Positions 1 through 9,873 of a stretch of DNA of 64,000 nt are shown here, in pieces. The notes below the pieces were generated by a model that worked only from the letters and a program-made list of their open reading frames with translations, did not search any database and was not told where the DNA came from. The translations under genes and the position numbers were made by a program. Each line of letters starts with the position of its first letter. Position 1 is the first letter of the stretch. Source of the DNA: an uncultured Subdoligranulum sp. (GTDB lineage: Bacteria; Bacillota; Clostridia; Christensenellales; CAG-314); contig CAZTCB010000004.1 in NCBI GenBank assembly GCA_964612455.1, forward strand, positions 3,350 to 67,349. Direction: 5' to 3'.

Positions 1-3
1 AAG

Positions 4-612
4 ATGAATTATGCGCCTGCGTACAGGGTGGTTAAAAAAGAGTATTGGCAACTGTTTGACGTGATAGAAAAAATCGACAGATTGCTCAACTCACGACTCT
101 CGGTGACCGTCGCCATAGACGGCAACAGCGGAGCGGGCAAGTCTTTTTTCGCAAACGCGCTAAAAAACTATTACGGTTGTCAGGTCTTGCATACCGACGA
201 CTTCTTTTTGCCGCGGGCAATGAGGAGTAAAGAACGCTTGAGCGAAGACGGCGGAAACGTCCATTACGAGCGTCTGCGCGATACGGTGCTGAATATAAAA
301 AAAACCGACGGATGCGAGTACCAACGCTACGACTGCGCTTTGGATGAGTTTAAAAAAGAAACCTTGCCGCCGTGTCGTCTTAATATCGTTGAGGGATGTT
401 ACTCCTTGCATCAATCGATACGGAATGAATACGACCTCGCCGTATTGGTTAAGGCAAACAGGGCAGTTCAGGTCGGGAGAATACTTGTCAGAGACGGCAA
501 AGACAAGTTAAAGAGATATATCGACGAGTGGATACCGCTCGAGGACGCGTATCTGTCGAGGTTGGACACGACGGGCGTCGATACCGTGGTCATAGATACG
601 TCGTCGTATTGA
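4..612 (+). CDS. P-loop kinase, uridine kinase/PRK-like family
   Basis: 202-aa ORF from ATG at 4. Walker A GNSGAGKS is followed by HTDDFF, as in uridine-kinase-type nucleoside kinases. Substrate not assignable. Confidence 0.6.
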   Translation: MNYAPAYRVVKKEYWQLFDVIEKIDRLLNSRLSVTVAIDGNSGAGKSFFANALKNYYGCQVLHTDDFFLPRAMRSKERLSEDGGNVHYERLRDTVLNIKKTDGCEYQRYDCALDEFKKETLPPCRLNIVEGCYSLHQSIRNEYDLAVLVKANRAVQVGRILVRDGKDKLKRYIDEWIPLEDAYLSRLDTTGVDTVVIDTSSY

Positions 613-680
613 CAAAATCAATAACGATAAATATCCCTCAAATATTTTACTTTTAAAAAAAAAAGGATTATAATAAAAAA

Positions 681-1832
681 ATGAAGATAGTAGTAGTCGG
701 AGGCGGCGCGAGCGGACTCGTTTTTGCCAGTATGGCGGCTCAACGAGGTCACGAAGTCGTCTTGCTGGAGTCCAACTCCAGAGTGGGTAAAAAACTGATA
801 CTTACGGGTGGCGGCAGGTGCAACCTGTTTAATGCCGAACGAAATCCCGATAAATACAACGAACCGGATTTTGTCCGCAAGGTTTTTAAAGAGTGTACGG
901 AGGACGAGTATCTCGACGTCGTTCGTTCTTTCGGAATATATACAAGCTCTCCCGATGACGAGGGGCGCGTGTATCCCGTGACTTATTCTGCCGCGTCGGT
1001 AGTAGACTGTTTGCGTTTTACGGCAGAGAGGGCGGGAGTCAGGACGATATGCAACGCTCATGTCAACGAGATAAAGGTCTTGCCCGACGGATACGCCGTG
1101 AAAGCAGGCAAGCAAGAGTACCTTTGCGACAAGGCGGTTATTGCTGTCGGTAGCCGTTCGCAAGCGACGATAACCGATTTGCCTCGTATTGCCGGCAGAC
1201 GTTATATGACCGAAACGGTGCCGTCGCTCTGTCCGTTAAAGGTGTCCAACCCCCTCAAGGGACTTGCGGGCGTACGCGCCAAGTGCGAGGTCACACTACT
1301 GAAAAAAGGCACACGGGTAGCAAGCGAGCGCGGCGAAGTGCAGTTTAGGGACTTTGGGTTGAGCGGTATATGCGTGCTCGACTTGTCCTCGTACGTTGCG
1401 AGAGAACGGGTGAAAGGCTACGACGGACGGTTTGATATCGCGGTTGATTTTTTACCCGATTTTACCGCGTCCGAGCTGAAAGAAATACTTGTCGAACGGA
1501 AAAAAGCGGGTTATACCGACAGCATGCTTTTCGTCGGCTTGTTGCCGAATAAAGTAGCCGAGACGGTGTTGCGTACCGTTTCGCGCGACGACGTAGACCG
1601 TTTGGTCGAAATCGTAAAAGAGTTTGTGTTTTCAAACGCCGACGTTACGGACTTTAGTATCAGTCAGGTCACCGCGGGCGGCGTTGCGTGCGAGTTTGTC
1701 GACGACGGGTTTAATTTGCCAGACGGAGTAATCGTGCTGGGAGAGGCGTTGGACGTTGACGGACAATGCGGCGGGTACAATCTTTATTTTGCTTTCGTGA
1801 GCGCGATAGTCGCCGCAAAAAAACTAAAATGA
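681..1832 (+). CDS. HI0933/YhiN (BaiN-like) family NAD(P)/FAD-dependent flavoprotein
   Basis: 383 aa. N-terminal dinucleotide-binding VVGGGASGL..LLE, then GKKLILTGGGRCN, typical of HI0933-like flavoproteins. Confidence 0.8.
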   Translation: MKIVVVGGGASGLVFASMAAQRGHEVVLLESNSRVGKKLILTGGGRCNLFNAERNPDKYNEPDFVRKVFKECTEDEYLDVVRSFGIYTSSPDDEGRVYPVTYSAASVVDCLRFTAERAGVRTICNAHVNEIKVLPDGYAVKAGKQEYLCDKAVIAVGSRSQATITDLPRIAGRRYMTETVPSLCPLKVSNPLKGLAGVRAKCEVTLLKKGTRVASERGEVQFRDFGLSGICVLDLSSYVARERVKGYDGRFDIAVDFLPDFTASELKEILVERKKAGYTDSMLFVGLLPNKVAETVLRTVSRDDVDRLVEIVKEFVFSNADVTDFSISQVTAGGVACEFVDDGFNLPDGVIVLGEALDVDGQCGGYNLYFAFVSAIVAAKKLK

Positions 1833-1860
1833 AAAAAACTTTGAAAAAGAGGTACATACT

Positions 1861-2901
1861 ATGAAAATGGATGCAATTATCAAACCGGCAGCACAACCCG
1901 GTCTTGAACTTGTTCGCAAAGAAGTCCCCGTCATTCACGACGGCGAAGCTTTGGTCAAAGTACACTACTCTGCAATCTGCGGAACCGACGTACATATCTA
2001 CGATTGGAACCAGTGGGCGCAGGACACGATTAAACCGCCGATGACCATAGGTCACGAGTTTGTCGGCGAAATAGTCGAAATCAAAGGCAATACTTCGGCT
2101 TTTAAGGTGGGCGACATAGTGTCCGCCGAAGGTCACGTGGTTTGCGGTAAATGCCGCAACTGTCGTGCCGGTCGCAGACACCTTTGCCCCAATACCAAAG
2201 GCATAGGCGTCAATCGCGACGGTATTTTTGCCGAGTACGCAAGCATCCCTGTAAACAATCTGTGGTTGACGGACAGTGCTATTCCCGAAAAAATGTACGC
2301 CATATTCGATCCGTACGGCAATGCGACGCACACGGCGTTGAAGTTTCCCATGATAGGTGAGGACGTGCTCATTACAGGCGCAGGTCCCATCGGTATCATG
2401 GCGGCTGCCATTTGCCGTCACGTGGGAGCGAAAAATATCGTTTTGACCGATATATCCGACGCCAGACTCGAGTTGGCGAAAAAAGTTTGCCCCTCCGTCG
2501 TGACCGTAAATACGCTCAACAAACGCATTAAAGACGTGCAAAAAGAAATAGGAATGGCAGAGGGCTTTGACGTCGGTCTCGAAATGAGCGGCAGCGGCAT
2601 TGCCTTTAACGAAATGCTCGAGAACATGATAATGGGCGGCAAGATAGCCATGCTCGGTTTGCAAAGCTCGGACACCAAGATAAATTGGAACAACATGATA
2701 TTCAACATGATTACTTTGCAGGGCATTTACGGCAGAGAAGTGTTTGAAACATGGCACAAGATGACCGCGATGCTCAAGAGCGGTCTCGATATTTCGGCTA
2801 TCATTACCGGTGAGTACGATTATCACGACTTTGAAAAAGGTTTCGCCGATATGAAGAGCGGCAGAAGCGGAAAAATCATTCTCGATTGGGCAAAGCACTA
2901 A
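1861..2901 (+). CDS. tdh: L-threonine 3-dehydrogenase
   Basis: 346 aa Zn-dependent MDR dehydrogenase. Landmarks: ICGTDVHIY, GHEFVGEIV, structural-Zn CGKCRNCRAG, NAD fold ITGAGPIGIMA. Directly upstream of kbl. Confidence 0.9.
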   Translation: MKMDAIIKPAAQPGLELVRKEVPVIHDGEALVKVHYSAICGTDVHIYDWNQWAQDTIKPPMTIGHEFVGEIVEIKGNTSAFKVGDIVSAEGHVVCGKCRNCRAGRRHLCPNTKGIGVNRDGIFAEYASIPVNNLWLTDSAIPEKMYAIFDPYGNATHTALKFPMIGEDVLITGAGPIGIMAAAICRHVGAKNIVLTDISDARLELAKKVCPSVVTVNTLNKRIKDVQKEIGMAEGFDVGLEMSGSGIAFNEMLENMIMGGKIAMLGLQSSDTKINWNNMIFNMITLQGIYGREVFETWHKMTAMLKSGLDISAIITGEYDYHDFEKGFADMKSGRSGKIILDWAKH

Positions 2902-3025
2902 GTTTTTTTTAAGACATAGGGCTGTATGACGGCTAAATCGGGCGAAGTGACCAATCGACGTATACCAAAGGCAATTTTGCCTTTTGGACTGTAAACTAAA
3001 TAAAATAAAAACGGAGGAGTATCAA

Positions 3026-4210
3026 ATGCTTGACAAAAAATATTATCAGGGTATTTTAGACGACATTAAAAACGCGGGTTTGTGGAAAGAAGAACGTATA
3101 ATCACGACACCGCAAAGCGCTTGTATCGACACGACCAAAGCCGACGGCGTGCTCAACTTTTGCGCAAACAACTATCTGGGACTTGCCAACAATCAGGAGC
3201 TTATCGATGCCGCCAAGGCAAGTTACGACAAGTACGGCTACGGTATGAGCAGCGTTCGCTTTATTTGCGGTACGCAAACCATACACAAAGAGCTTGAAAA
3301 CGCAATCAGCAAGTTTTTGTCGACAGAGGACACCATTCTTTACAGCAGTTGTTTCGACGCCAACGGCGGTTTGTTTGAAACCATTACTACGGCTGACGAC
3401 GCTATTATTTCCGACGCGCTCAATCACGCAAGTATTATAGACGGCGTTCGTTTATCCAAAGCTCATCGTTATCGCTATGCCAACAACGATATGGATGACC
3501 TCGAAAAACAACTTAAACAGGCGGTAGCCGACGGTTGCAAGCAAAAGGTCATAGTGACCGACGGCGTGTTCAGCATGGACGGCATTATTGCCAACCTCAA
3601 GGGCGTGTGCGACCTCGCCGAAAAATATGGAGCGATGGTCGTCGTCGACGACAGTCACGCTACGGGTTTTGTAGGCGCAACCGGCAGAGGTACCGCAGAG
3701 TACTGCGGGGTAGTGGGCAGAGTGGATATTATCACCGGTACTTTCGGCAAAGCTTTGGGCGGAGCGAGCGGCGGCTTTACGAGCGGTCGCAGAGAAATAA
3801 TAGATTTGTTGCGTCAGCGCAGTCGTCCCTACTTGTTCTCCAATACCGTTGCTCCCGCTATTTGCGCGACGACTCTTAAGGTGCTTGAAATGTTGACGAG
3901 AGATACGTCTTTGCGCGACAAGGTTATGGAAAACGCACGGTATTTCCGCGCCGAGATGGAAAAGAACAACTTTAATCTCATCGGTAAAGATCACGCGATT
4001 ATCCCCGTTATGTTGTACGACGCCGTCGTCAGCCAAAAGGTTGCCGATTTAATGCTCAAAAAAGGCATTTACGTGACGGGATTCTTCTATCCGGTAGTGC
4101 CTAAAGACAAAGCGCGTATACGTACTCAGATGTCTGCGGCGCACAGCAAGGCGGATATCGACAAGTGCGTCAAAGCTTTCGTCGAATGCAGAGAAGAGAT
4201 AGGTTTTTAA
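3026..4210 (+). CDS. kbl: glycine C-acetyltransferase (2-amino-3-ketobutyrate CoA ligase)
   Basis: 394 aa from ATG 3026, with GGAGG 8 nt upstream; the ORF-track start at 2984 has no RBS. PLP-lysine context GTFGKALGG and DDSHATG. Classical tdh-kbl pair. Confidence 0.9.
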   Translation: MLDKKYYQGILDDIKNAGLWKEERIITTPQSACIDTTKADGVLNFCANNYLGLANNQELIDAAKASYDKYGYGMSSVRFICGTQTIHKELENAISKFLSTEDTILYSSCFDANGGLFETITTADDAIISDALNHASIIDGVRLSKAHRYRYANNDMDDLEKQLKQAVADGCKQKVIVTDGVFSMDGIIANLKGVCDLAEKYGAMVVVDDSHATGFVGATGRGTAEYCGVVGRVDIITGTFGKALGGASGGFTSGRREIIDLLRQRSRPYLFSNTVAPAICATTLKVLEMLTRDTSLRDKVMENARYFRAEMEKNNFNLIGKDHAIIPVMLYDAVVSQKVADLMLKKGIYVTGFFYPVVPKDKARIRTQMSAAHSKADIDKCVKAFVECREEIGF

Positions 4211-4252
4211 GCAAATACGATAAATCCGAGCGATTCGCCGAGTCGTTTCGAT

Positions 4253-4289
4253 AAAAAAACGAGCAGTTTTAAACTGCTCGTTTTTTTTA
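4253..4289. terminator. bidirectional rho-independent terminator
   Basis: A-run, then stem ACGAGCAGTTT / AAACTGCTCGT, then T8. Sits between convergent kbl (+) and the 108-aa gene (-). Confidence 0.8.
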
Positions 4290-4299
4290 TGGTTTGATT

Positions 4300-4626
4300 T
4301 TAGCCGATGAGGCTGAGTATCTGACTCCATACGTCAGGTAATAAACTCGGCACTACCGCAAGCGCAATAAGTATCAGTACTACCAAAGTGGTTAAAAAAC
4401 CGTGGTTTGTGCCAAATTCCAACGCCGTCAATGCGGCGAGACCTATTGCGGCGTATATCAGGACGTAATGAGCGATTTTTGCTATGGTCACCAACGTTTC
4501 GCCGTCGCCAAACCAACCCAAGCCGACGCAGTTTTGAAACATCATTGCCGCCAAAACCGCTATGGCAAATACTTTTGCTAAAAAGTCGAATAATTTTGAT
4601 AAACCGGTTTTTTCTTTTTTACTCAT
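4300..4626 (-). CDS. small integral membrane protein (about 3 TM), unknown function
   Basis: 108 aa. AAAGGAGC lies 5 nt upstream of the ATG. Three hydrophobic stretches. It is 49 nt downstream of the repeat protein with no hairpin between, so probably co-transcribed. Confidence 0.65.
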   Translation of the reverse strand: MSKKEKTGLSKLFDFLAKVFAIAVLAAMMFQNCVGLGWFGDGETLVTIAKIAHYVLIYAAIGLAALTALEFGTNHGFLTTLVVLILIALAVVPSLLPDVWSQILSLIG

Positions 4627-4675
4627 GATATGCTCCTTTTATTTTTTCTTTTTGTATTTATTCGTTTAATTTGGT

Positions 4676-6613
4676 CTAAGCGGGGATTTTATCGAGTATC
4701 GCGTCGATAAACTCTTCAAACGTCATATTTTTCCACGCGTCGCCAAACAAGGTGTTTAATTTCGTTTTGTTTGCCTCGTCAAGATTAAGCAATCCCGCGT
4801 TCATCAACTGCGAAAGGGTTGCCGTGTTTACTGCGGTGCTCAGCGCATCGGGGAGGTCGACTATCTTTGTGTCGGCGTCGATAAGGGAGAGTGCGCCCGT
4901 AGTCGTGTCCGCGTCGATGACTTCCGTATATGCAAGTTGTTTGATGTTGCTTACTATTTCGTCAATATCTATGTTGCCGAGAGTCGTGTTGCAGATTACG
5001 TCGTTGACGCCGGTCACCGTGGTGGTGTAAGTATCGTCGGTATACCATACCACTTCGTAGCAATCAGCCGTGTGCGTTGCGAGGGTGTGGGAGTGATCGG
5101 TGCAGTCGGCTTGCGCAACGTACCACTTGCCGTTGACTTTTTTCAATACGGTGCTGCCGCTGATTACGACTTGGTCGGCAACTATCGTGTCGTAAGTGTT
5201 CCCCAGCGTCGATTCGTGACGAGTATAGCCTTGCAGCTCACCGATATAAACGTAGTTCAATTCGTCGCCGAGAGTCAGGACGTATTTATCCGCGATAACT
5301 TTCATTATTTCGGGGTCAGAATCTTTTATCGTAATGATTTCTTTGATTTTTACGCCGTTAAGGATTTCGTCAATGCTCAAACCGTTGCGCATTTCACTCA
5401 TCTTTTTGTTGTAAATGTTATTAAATACGACGTTTTCGATGTTTTTACCGCTACCGTCAATCCAGACGCCGTTGTTTTCGTCAAGAGTGTAGTTCAGCAA
5501 ATCGCCTACGTACAGAGCGTCGATTTTATCGTTGACGTTGAGCGTTCCGCTCGTCAGCTCCGAAATACGCATATCCGCAAAAACCGACGTCAGTTTAGAT
5601 ACTTCGTTGCCGAAAGAGTCTCTCCATATTCCGTCTGTACCTTTGGAGTATTTCATTATTTCGCCCACGGTGAGGTCGGACAACTCGTCTTCGACGTTAA
5701 AGTTGCCGCCGAGCAGCTTTGAAACGTCGACGTCGGCTATCGTTTTGCTTATCGCGTCAATCAATTCCGTGCCGTTTTTGTCCTGCCATACGTTGCCGTT
5801 TTTGGTATAACCAATCAACTCGCCTACTTTAAGGTCGCCGATGGCATCCTCTATTTTAAAGTTGCCGCCGAGTAAATCGGTGATTTTCGTTTTTGCCACT
5901 GCGGCGGTAGTTGCGTCGAGAGCCGCGCCGTCTGCGGACAGCCAGTTGCCGTCGACGTCTTGTTGGTATCCCATGAGCTCGCCGAGAGAGTTGTCGGTAA
6001 ATAAAACGTTTGCGACGTTGCCGTCGGCTTTTTTCAGTTCGGCGTACAACAACCCGAGATCCCTGTCTGCAATAATCTTTTCGATACTGCCGGAGTTTTC
6101 GGAGATATCCGTCAACTTGCGCAGAGTAACGCCGTTGAGCAATACCTGAACGTTTCCGTCTATGAGGTCGCCTACCGAAACGCGGTTTGTTCTCCAGACG
6201 TCAATCACCGCCTGAGGAATTTTTACGCTTTCGCCGAGCGAACCGCTCAACAAATCGGCGAGTGCGACGTCGCTCAATGCTTCGCTCGGATTTGAGAATA
6301 TACTTTCGATATCGGTATTTCTCAGAGACTCGTACTCGTCACCGCTCAAACCTATCTGTCCCAAAACGTCTATGCCGTACGTACTTTGTATTTGGGCAAA
6401 GGTCAGATTGTCCGAAGAGGTCAGTTTGATTCCTTCGGTGATGATGTCGCCGAAAGACATTTTGTCAAAACGTTTGCCGTCGTCGTTTACCCATTGGTCG
6501 TTTTCAATGCCTACGGTGGAGGGCGTTACGATAAATACTGCCGCCACTATGCCTCCTATGAGTATAACCCACCCCACGATGATGCCAAGCAAAAATGCTA
6601 AAAAACGTTTCAT
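4676..6613 (-). CDS. membrane-anchored repeat protein, unknown function
   Basis: Probable start is ATG 6613 (MKRFLAFLLG..., AAGGAG 6 nt upstream). The ORF-track start at 6703 lies inside the predicted promoter. One N-terminal TM, then a roughly 590-aa hydrophilic region with 53-aa tandem repeats and a CTDHSHTLATHTADC cluster. No family recognised. Confidence 0.7.
   Translation of the reverse strand: MKRFLAFLLGIIVGWVILIGGIVAAVFIVTPSTVGIENDQWVNDDGKRFDKMSFGDIITEGIKLTSSDNLTFAQIQSTYGIDVLGQIGLSGDEYESLRNTDIESIFSNPSEALSDVALADLLSGSLGESVKIPQAVIDVWRTNRVSVGDLIDGNVQVLLNGVTLRKLTDISENSGSIEKIIADRDLGLLYAELKKADGNVANVLFTDNSLGELMGYQQDVDGNWLSADGAALDATTAAVAKTKITDLLGGNFKIEDAIGDLKVGELIGYTKNGNVWQDKNGTELIDAISKTIADVDVSKLLGGNFNVEDELSDLTVGEIMKYSKGTDGIWRDSFGNEVSKLTSVFADMRISELTSGTLNVNDKIDALYVGDLLNYTLDENNGVWIDGSGKNIENVVFNNIYNKKMSEMRNGLSIDEILNGVKIKEIITIKDSDPEIMKVIADKYVLTLGDELNYVYIGELQGYTRHESTLGNTYDTIVADQVVISGSTVLKKVNGKWYVAQADCTDHSHTLATHTADCYEVVWYTDDTYTTTVTGVNDVICNTTLGNIDIDEIVSNIKQLAYTEVIDADTTTGALSLIDADTKIVDLPDALSTAVNTATLSQLMNAGLLNLDEANKTKLNTLFGDAWKNMTFEEFIDAILDKIPA
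5414..5890 (-). repeat. three tandem 53-residue protein repeats (diverged at DNA level)
   Basis: LLGGNFKIEDAIGDLKVGELIGYTKNGNVWQDKNG / LLGGNFNVEDELSDLTVGEIMKYSKGTDGIWRDSFG / LTSGTLNVNDKIDALYVGDLLNYTLDENNGVWIDGSG. VGE/VGD anchors at residues 293, 346 and 399 (numbered from 6703). Degenerate copies flank them. Confidence 0.6.
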
Positions 6614-6691
6614 TTGCTGCTCCTTTGCGGTAATGTCCGCGAAATCGCCGAGTCGGACAGTGCCGTCGGCTTTATTTGGTAGTTTCTTTTT

Positions 6692-6720
6692 ATTATAATA
6701 CATGTAAACCCAAAAATCAA
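6692..6720 (-). promoter_or_regulatory. sigma-70-type promoter of the repeat-protein operon
   Basis: Minus strand reads TTGATT-17 nt-TATAAT. The -10 hexamer overlaps the ORF-track ATG at 6703, which argues for the downstream start at 6613. Confidence 0.55.
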
Positions 6721-6879
6721 CTCAAAAACAGGTTAAAAAACCGCAAAAAATAAAAATTCGGGTTTTTAACGCTTTCGCCGATATTTTACGTTGGGCGATA
6801 GAAACCTGTTTCGCTTTATTTCGTCAATCGTATTAAAAAAGTTAACCTTAAAATTACTGATTTTTTTGTTTCAAAGCCA

Positions 6880-6908
6880 TTGCATTGACCGAAAAAATCG
6901 GTTATAAT
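6880..6908 (+). promoter_or_regulatory. sigma-70-type promoter of lepA
   Basis: TTGCAT-17 nt-TATAAT. The lepA ATG at 6915 is 7 nt after the -10 hexamer. Confidence 0.55.
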
Positions 6909-6914
6909 ACAATT

Positions 6915-8717
6915 ATGAATAAAATGGACAAGATTAGAAATTTTTGCATTATAGCGCATATAGACCACGGCAAAAGCACTTTGGCGGATCGCCTTATCGA
7001 GCTTACGGGGAGAGTTAACAAACGCGATATGGAGGAGCAATTGCTCGACTCTATGGATCTCGAGCGCGAGAGAGGTATCACGATAAAACTTGCCCCCGTC
7101 AACATCGATTACGAGTACGAAGGCGAAACGTACCAACTCAATCTCATAGATACACCGGGACACGTTGACTTTACCTACGAGGTATCACGCAGTCTCGCCG
7201 CATGCGAAGGCGCCCTCCTTGTGGTGGACGCGACGCAAGGCGTTGAGGCGCAGACGGTTGCCAATTGCTATCTCGCATTGGACAACGACCTCGCCATACT
7301 GCCCGTTATCAATAAAATCGACCTTGCCTCCGCGCGTGTCGACGAGGCAATCGAGGAGATAGAAGAACTCGGTTTGCCTGCCGCAGACGCGCCGCGTGTG
7401 TCTGCTAAAGAGGGGCTCAATATAGAAGACGTACTGGTTGACGTAATAAAAAACGTTCCCGCACCGCAGGGAGATCCCGACGCACCGCTAAAGGCACTTA
7501 TTTTTGACTGCGTTTACGACAACTACAAGGGCGTCTTGCTTTTCGTCCGCATTTTTGACGGACGCGTCGGAGTGGGGACTAAATTGAAAATGTTTCGTTC
7601 CGGCGGAAAAATTTACGACGTCACCGAAGTCGGTATTTTTACTCCCGCAATGCTTGCCACCGATTCGCTCGAGGCGGGCGACGTCGGATACGTCGCTGCG
7701 AGTATAAAGACGGTTTCGGATGCACACGTCGGCGATACTTTGACCGACGCCTCAAATCCCGCGCAATCTCCGCTTAACGGCTACAAAGAAGTCCAATCTA
7801 TGGTCTTTTGCGGTATCTTTCCCGCAGACGGCAGTAAATACGACGACCTTAAGGAGGCTTTGGAAAAATTAAAACTCAACGATGCGTCTTTAAGGTACGA
7901 GCCGGATACGTCGCTGGCACTCGGTTTTGGTTTTCGGTGCGGTTTTCTCGGGTTGTTGCACATGGACGTCATTCAGCAGCGCCTCGAGAGAGAGTTTGAT
8001 TTGGATCTCGTGACTACGGCACCGAGCGTCAGTTATCATGTTTTTACTACCGACGGACAAATGCAGGAAATAGACAACCCGTCAAAACTCCCGCCCGTGA
8101 CCACCATAGAACATATGGAAGAGCCGATAGTTACTGCCTATATTTACTCGCCGCCCGATTACGTCGGCGGGATAATGGATCTTTGTCAGGATAAACGCGG
8201 CGTTTTTATCGATATGACCTACGTTGATACCAAACGGGTGAGGATTACTTACGAAATTCCTCTCAACGAAATTATTTACGACTTTTTTGACACGTTAAAG
8301 TCGCGCACGCGCGGTTACGCAAGCCTCGACTACGAAGTGAAAGGTTATAAATCTTGCAAACTCGTAAAGCTCGATATGTTGCTCAACGGCGAAACCTGCG
8401 ACGCCTTGTCGGTAATCGTGCCGGAAGAACGCGCCTATGCCCGCGGCAGAAAACTTGCCGAAAAGCTTAAAGACGCTATCCCTCGTCAGATGTTTGAAAT
8501 ACCCGTTCAGGCGGCGATAGGCGGTAAAATCATTGCCCGCGAGACGGTAAAAGCCATGCGCAAGGACGTCCTCGCAAAGTGCTACGGCGGCGATATCACC
8601 CGTAAAAAGAAGTTGCTCGAGAAACAAAAAGAAGGTAAAAAACGCATGCGGCAGGTAGGCAGCGTCGCCATACCGTCGGAGGCGTTTATGTCAATATTAA
8701 AAATCGACGATGAATAG
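6915..8717 (+). CDS. lepA: translation elongation factor 4 (LepA)
   Basis: GTPase motifs [22 protein letters not shown], and the LepA-specific C-terminal region. Start at 6915 or 6924; the upstream extension to 6885 overlaps the promoter. Confidence 0.93.
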   Translation: MNKMDKIRNFCIIAHIDHGKSTLADRLIELTGRVNKRDMEEQLLDSMDLERERGITIKLAPVNIDYEYEGETYQLNLIDTPGHVDFTYEVSRSLAACEGALLVVDATQGVEAQTVANCYLALDNDLAILPVINKIDLASARVDEAIEEIEELGLPAADAPRVSAKEGLNIEDVLVDVIKNVPAPQGDPDAPLKALIFDCVYDNYKGVLLFVRIFDGRVGVGTKLKMFRSGGKIYDVTEVGIFTPAMLATDSLEAGDVGYVAASIKTVSDAHVGDTLTDASNPAQSPLNGYKEVQSMVFCGIFPADGSKYDDLKEALEKLKLNDASLRYEPDTSLALGFGFRCGFLGLLHMDVIQQRLEREFDLDLVTTAPSVSYHVFTTDGQMQEIDNPSKLPPVTTIEHMEEPIVTAYIYSPPDYVGGIMDLCQDKRGVFIDMTYVDTKRVRITYEIPLNEIIYDFFDTLKSRTRGYASLDYEVKGYKSCKLVKLDMLLNGETCDALSVIVPEERAYARGRKLAEKLKDAIPRQMFEIPVQAAIGGKIIARETVKAMRKDVLAKCYGGDITRKKKLLEKQKEGKKRMRQVGSVAIPSEAFMSILKIDDE

Positions 8718-9855
8718 CGACGAAAAAAACGCGGGATTGTACGTTCATATTCCTTTTTGTAAATCCAAGTGCGTGTATTGCGACTTTTGCAGTTTTGCCG
8801 ACAAAGACGACGAGATTGATGCATACGGGTGCGCGTTAAAGAAAGAGACAGACATGTACGTTCCTCTTTCGGAAGGCAAAAAAATCACGACGGTATTTGT
8901 AGGCGGAGGCACGCCGAGCATCGTCGGAGGAAAGTTTTTGTCCGATTTGTTGCTTTATATAAAAACGCGTTTTAATCTTTCGGGTGACGTCGAAATAACG
9001 GTAGAAGCCAATCCCGACAGTTTTGACGAAGATTTTGCGACGCGACTCGCCGACGTCGGCGTAAACAGACTTTCTCTCGGACTGCAATCGGCAAACGATT
9101 TGTTGTTAAAAAAACTCGGCAGACCGCATGATTACGCGGATTTTTGCCGCGCGGCTAAAATTGCGTCAAAATATTTTAAAAACGTCAATTTTGACCTCAT
9201 GATAGGCATAGAGGGACAAACGGATGAGGACGTAAAAAATACACTCGATTCCGTATTGGCGTTTTCTCCGACGCATTTGTCGGTTTACGCGCTCATTCTC
9301 GAAAGGGGAACGCCCCTCAACAGGCTGGTAGGTAGAGGAAAAGTAGTTTTGCCCGACTCGGACGCGACTGCGGATATGTATGACTTGGCAAAAAACCTTC
9401 TTGACGGCAACAACTACCGTCGTTACGAAGTCAGCAACTTTGCACGAGCGGGTTTCGAGTGCAGACACAATCTCAATTATTGGGACAGAGGCGAGTATAT
9501 AGGGCTCGGCCTTGCAGCGCACGGATACCTCGACGGCGTCAGATACGCAAACGTAAAGCATCTGGACAATTACTTAAAAAAAATCTCGCTTGCTACCCGT
9601 CCCGTATCGTTTCAAAAAAAAATACAACAAAAAGAGGCATGTTTCGAGTATGTGATGCTCGGTTTGAGAAAGGCTGACGGATTTGACGTGGATGGTTTTA
9701 ACAGCGACACGGGTGTCGACTTTTTTTCGACGTACGGGCAGACTGTAAAAAAGCTGTCGCAACAAAAACTATTGTGCGTAGAAAAAAATCGGGTGTATAT
9801 TCCGTCGGAGCGTTTTTACGTCGCCAACACTATACTCGAGGAATTTATTTTGTAG
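8710..9855 (+). CDS. hemW: radical SAM heme chaperone HemW (HemN-like, oxygen-independent coproporphyrinogen oxidase family)
   Basis: 381 aa. Radical-SAM CxxxCxxC (CKSKCVYC). ATGA-type overlap with lepA. lepA-hemN/hemW adjacency is conserved in Bacillota. Confidence 0.85.
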   Translation: MNSDEKNAGLYVHIPFCKSKCVYCDFCSFADKDDEIDAYGCALKKETDMYVPLSEGKKITTVFVGGGTPSIVGGKFLSDLLLYIKTRFNLSGDVEITVEANPDSFDEDFATRLADVGVNRLSLGLQSANDLLLKKLGRPHDYADFCRAAKIASKYFKNVNFDLMIGIEGQTDEDVKNTLDSVLAFSPTHLSVYALILERGTPLNRLVGRGKVVLPDSDATADMYDLAKNLLDGNNYRRYEVSNFARAGFECRHNLNYWDRGEYIGLGLAAHGYLDGVRYANVKHLDNYLKKISLATRPVSFQKKIQQKEACFEYVMLGLRKADGFDVDGFNSDTGVDFFSTYGQTVKKLSQQKLLCVEKNRVYIPSERFYVANTILEEFIL

Positions 9856-9873
9856 TCAAAGGAGGGTAAAGAT

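Noticed and set aside
1711-2898. Gene-length antisense ORFs. These include 395 aa opposite tdh, 202 aa opposite rpe (27223-27831), 231 aa opposite coaBC (19159-19854), 261 aa opposite the repeat protein (4937-5722), 194 aa opposite sigA (53406-53990), 190 aa opposite rnfG, and several opposite the 996-aa gene.
   Set aside because: They are codon-aligned with the sense genes (same phase, checked for tdh, rpe and the 996-aa gene). In that antisense frame, stops arise only from sense TTA, CTA or TCA codons. This genome almost never uses them: none in tdh, and the single TTA in rpe at 27223 is exactly where the antisense ORF ends. The antisense translations are low-complexity with no motifs or RBS. 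They are shadow ORFs, not overlapping genes.
2902-3025. 124-nt spacer between tdh and kbl with an imperfect hairpin (CCAAAGGC-aatttt-GCCTTTTGG). I considered it as a possible glycine or other riboswitch, or an attenuator.
   Set aside because: It has no conserved riboswitch core that I can recognise and no T-run after the hairpin, and the stem has a bulge. The evidence is insufficient to call a regulatory RNA. An Rfam scan would settle it.
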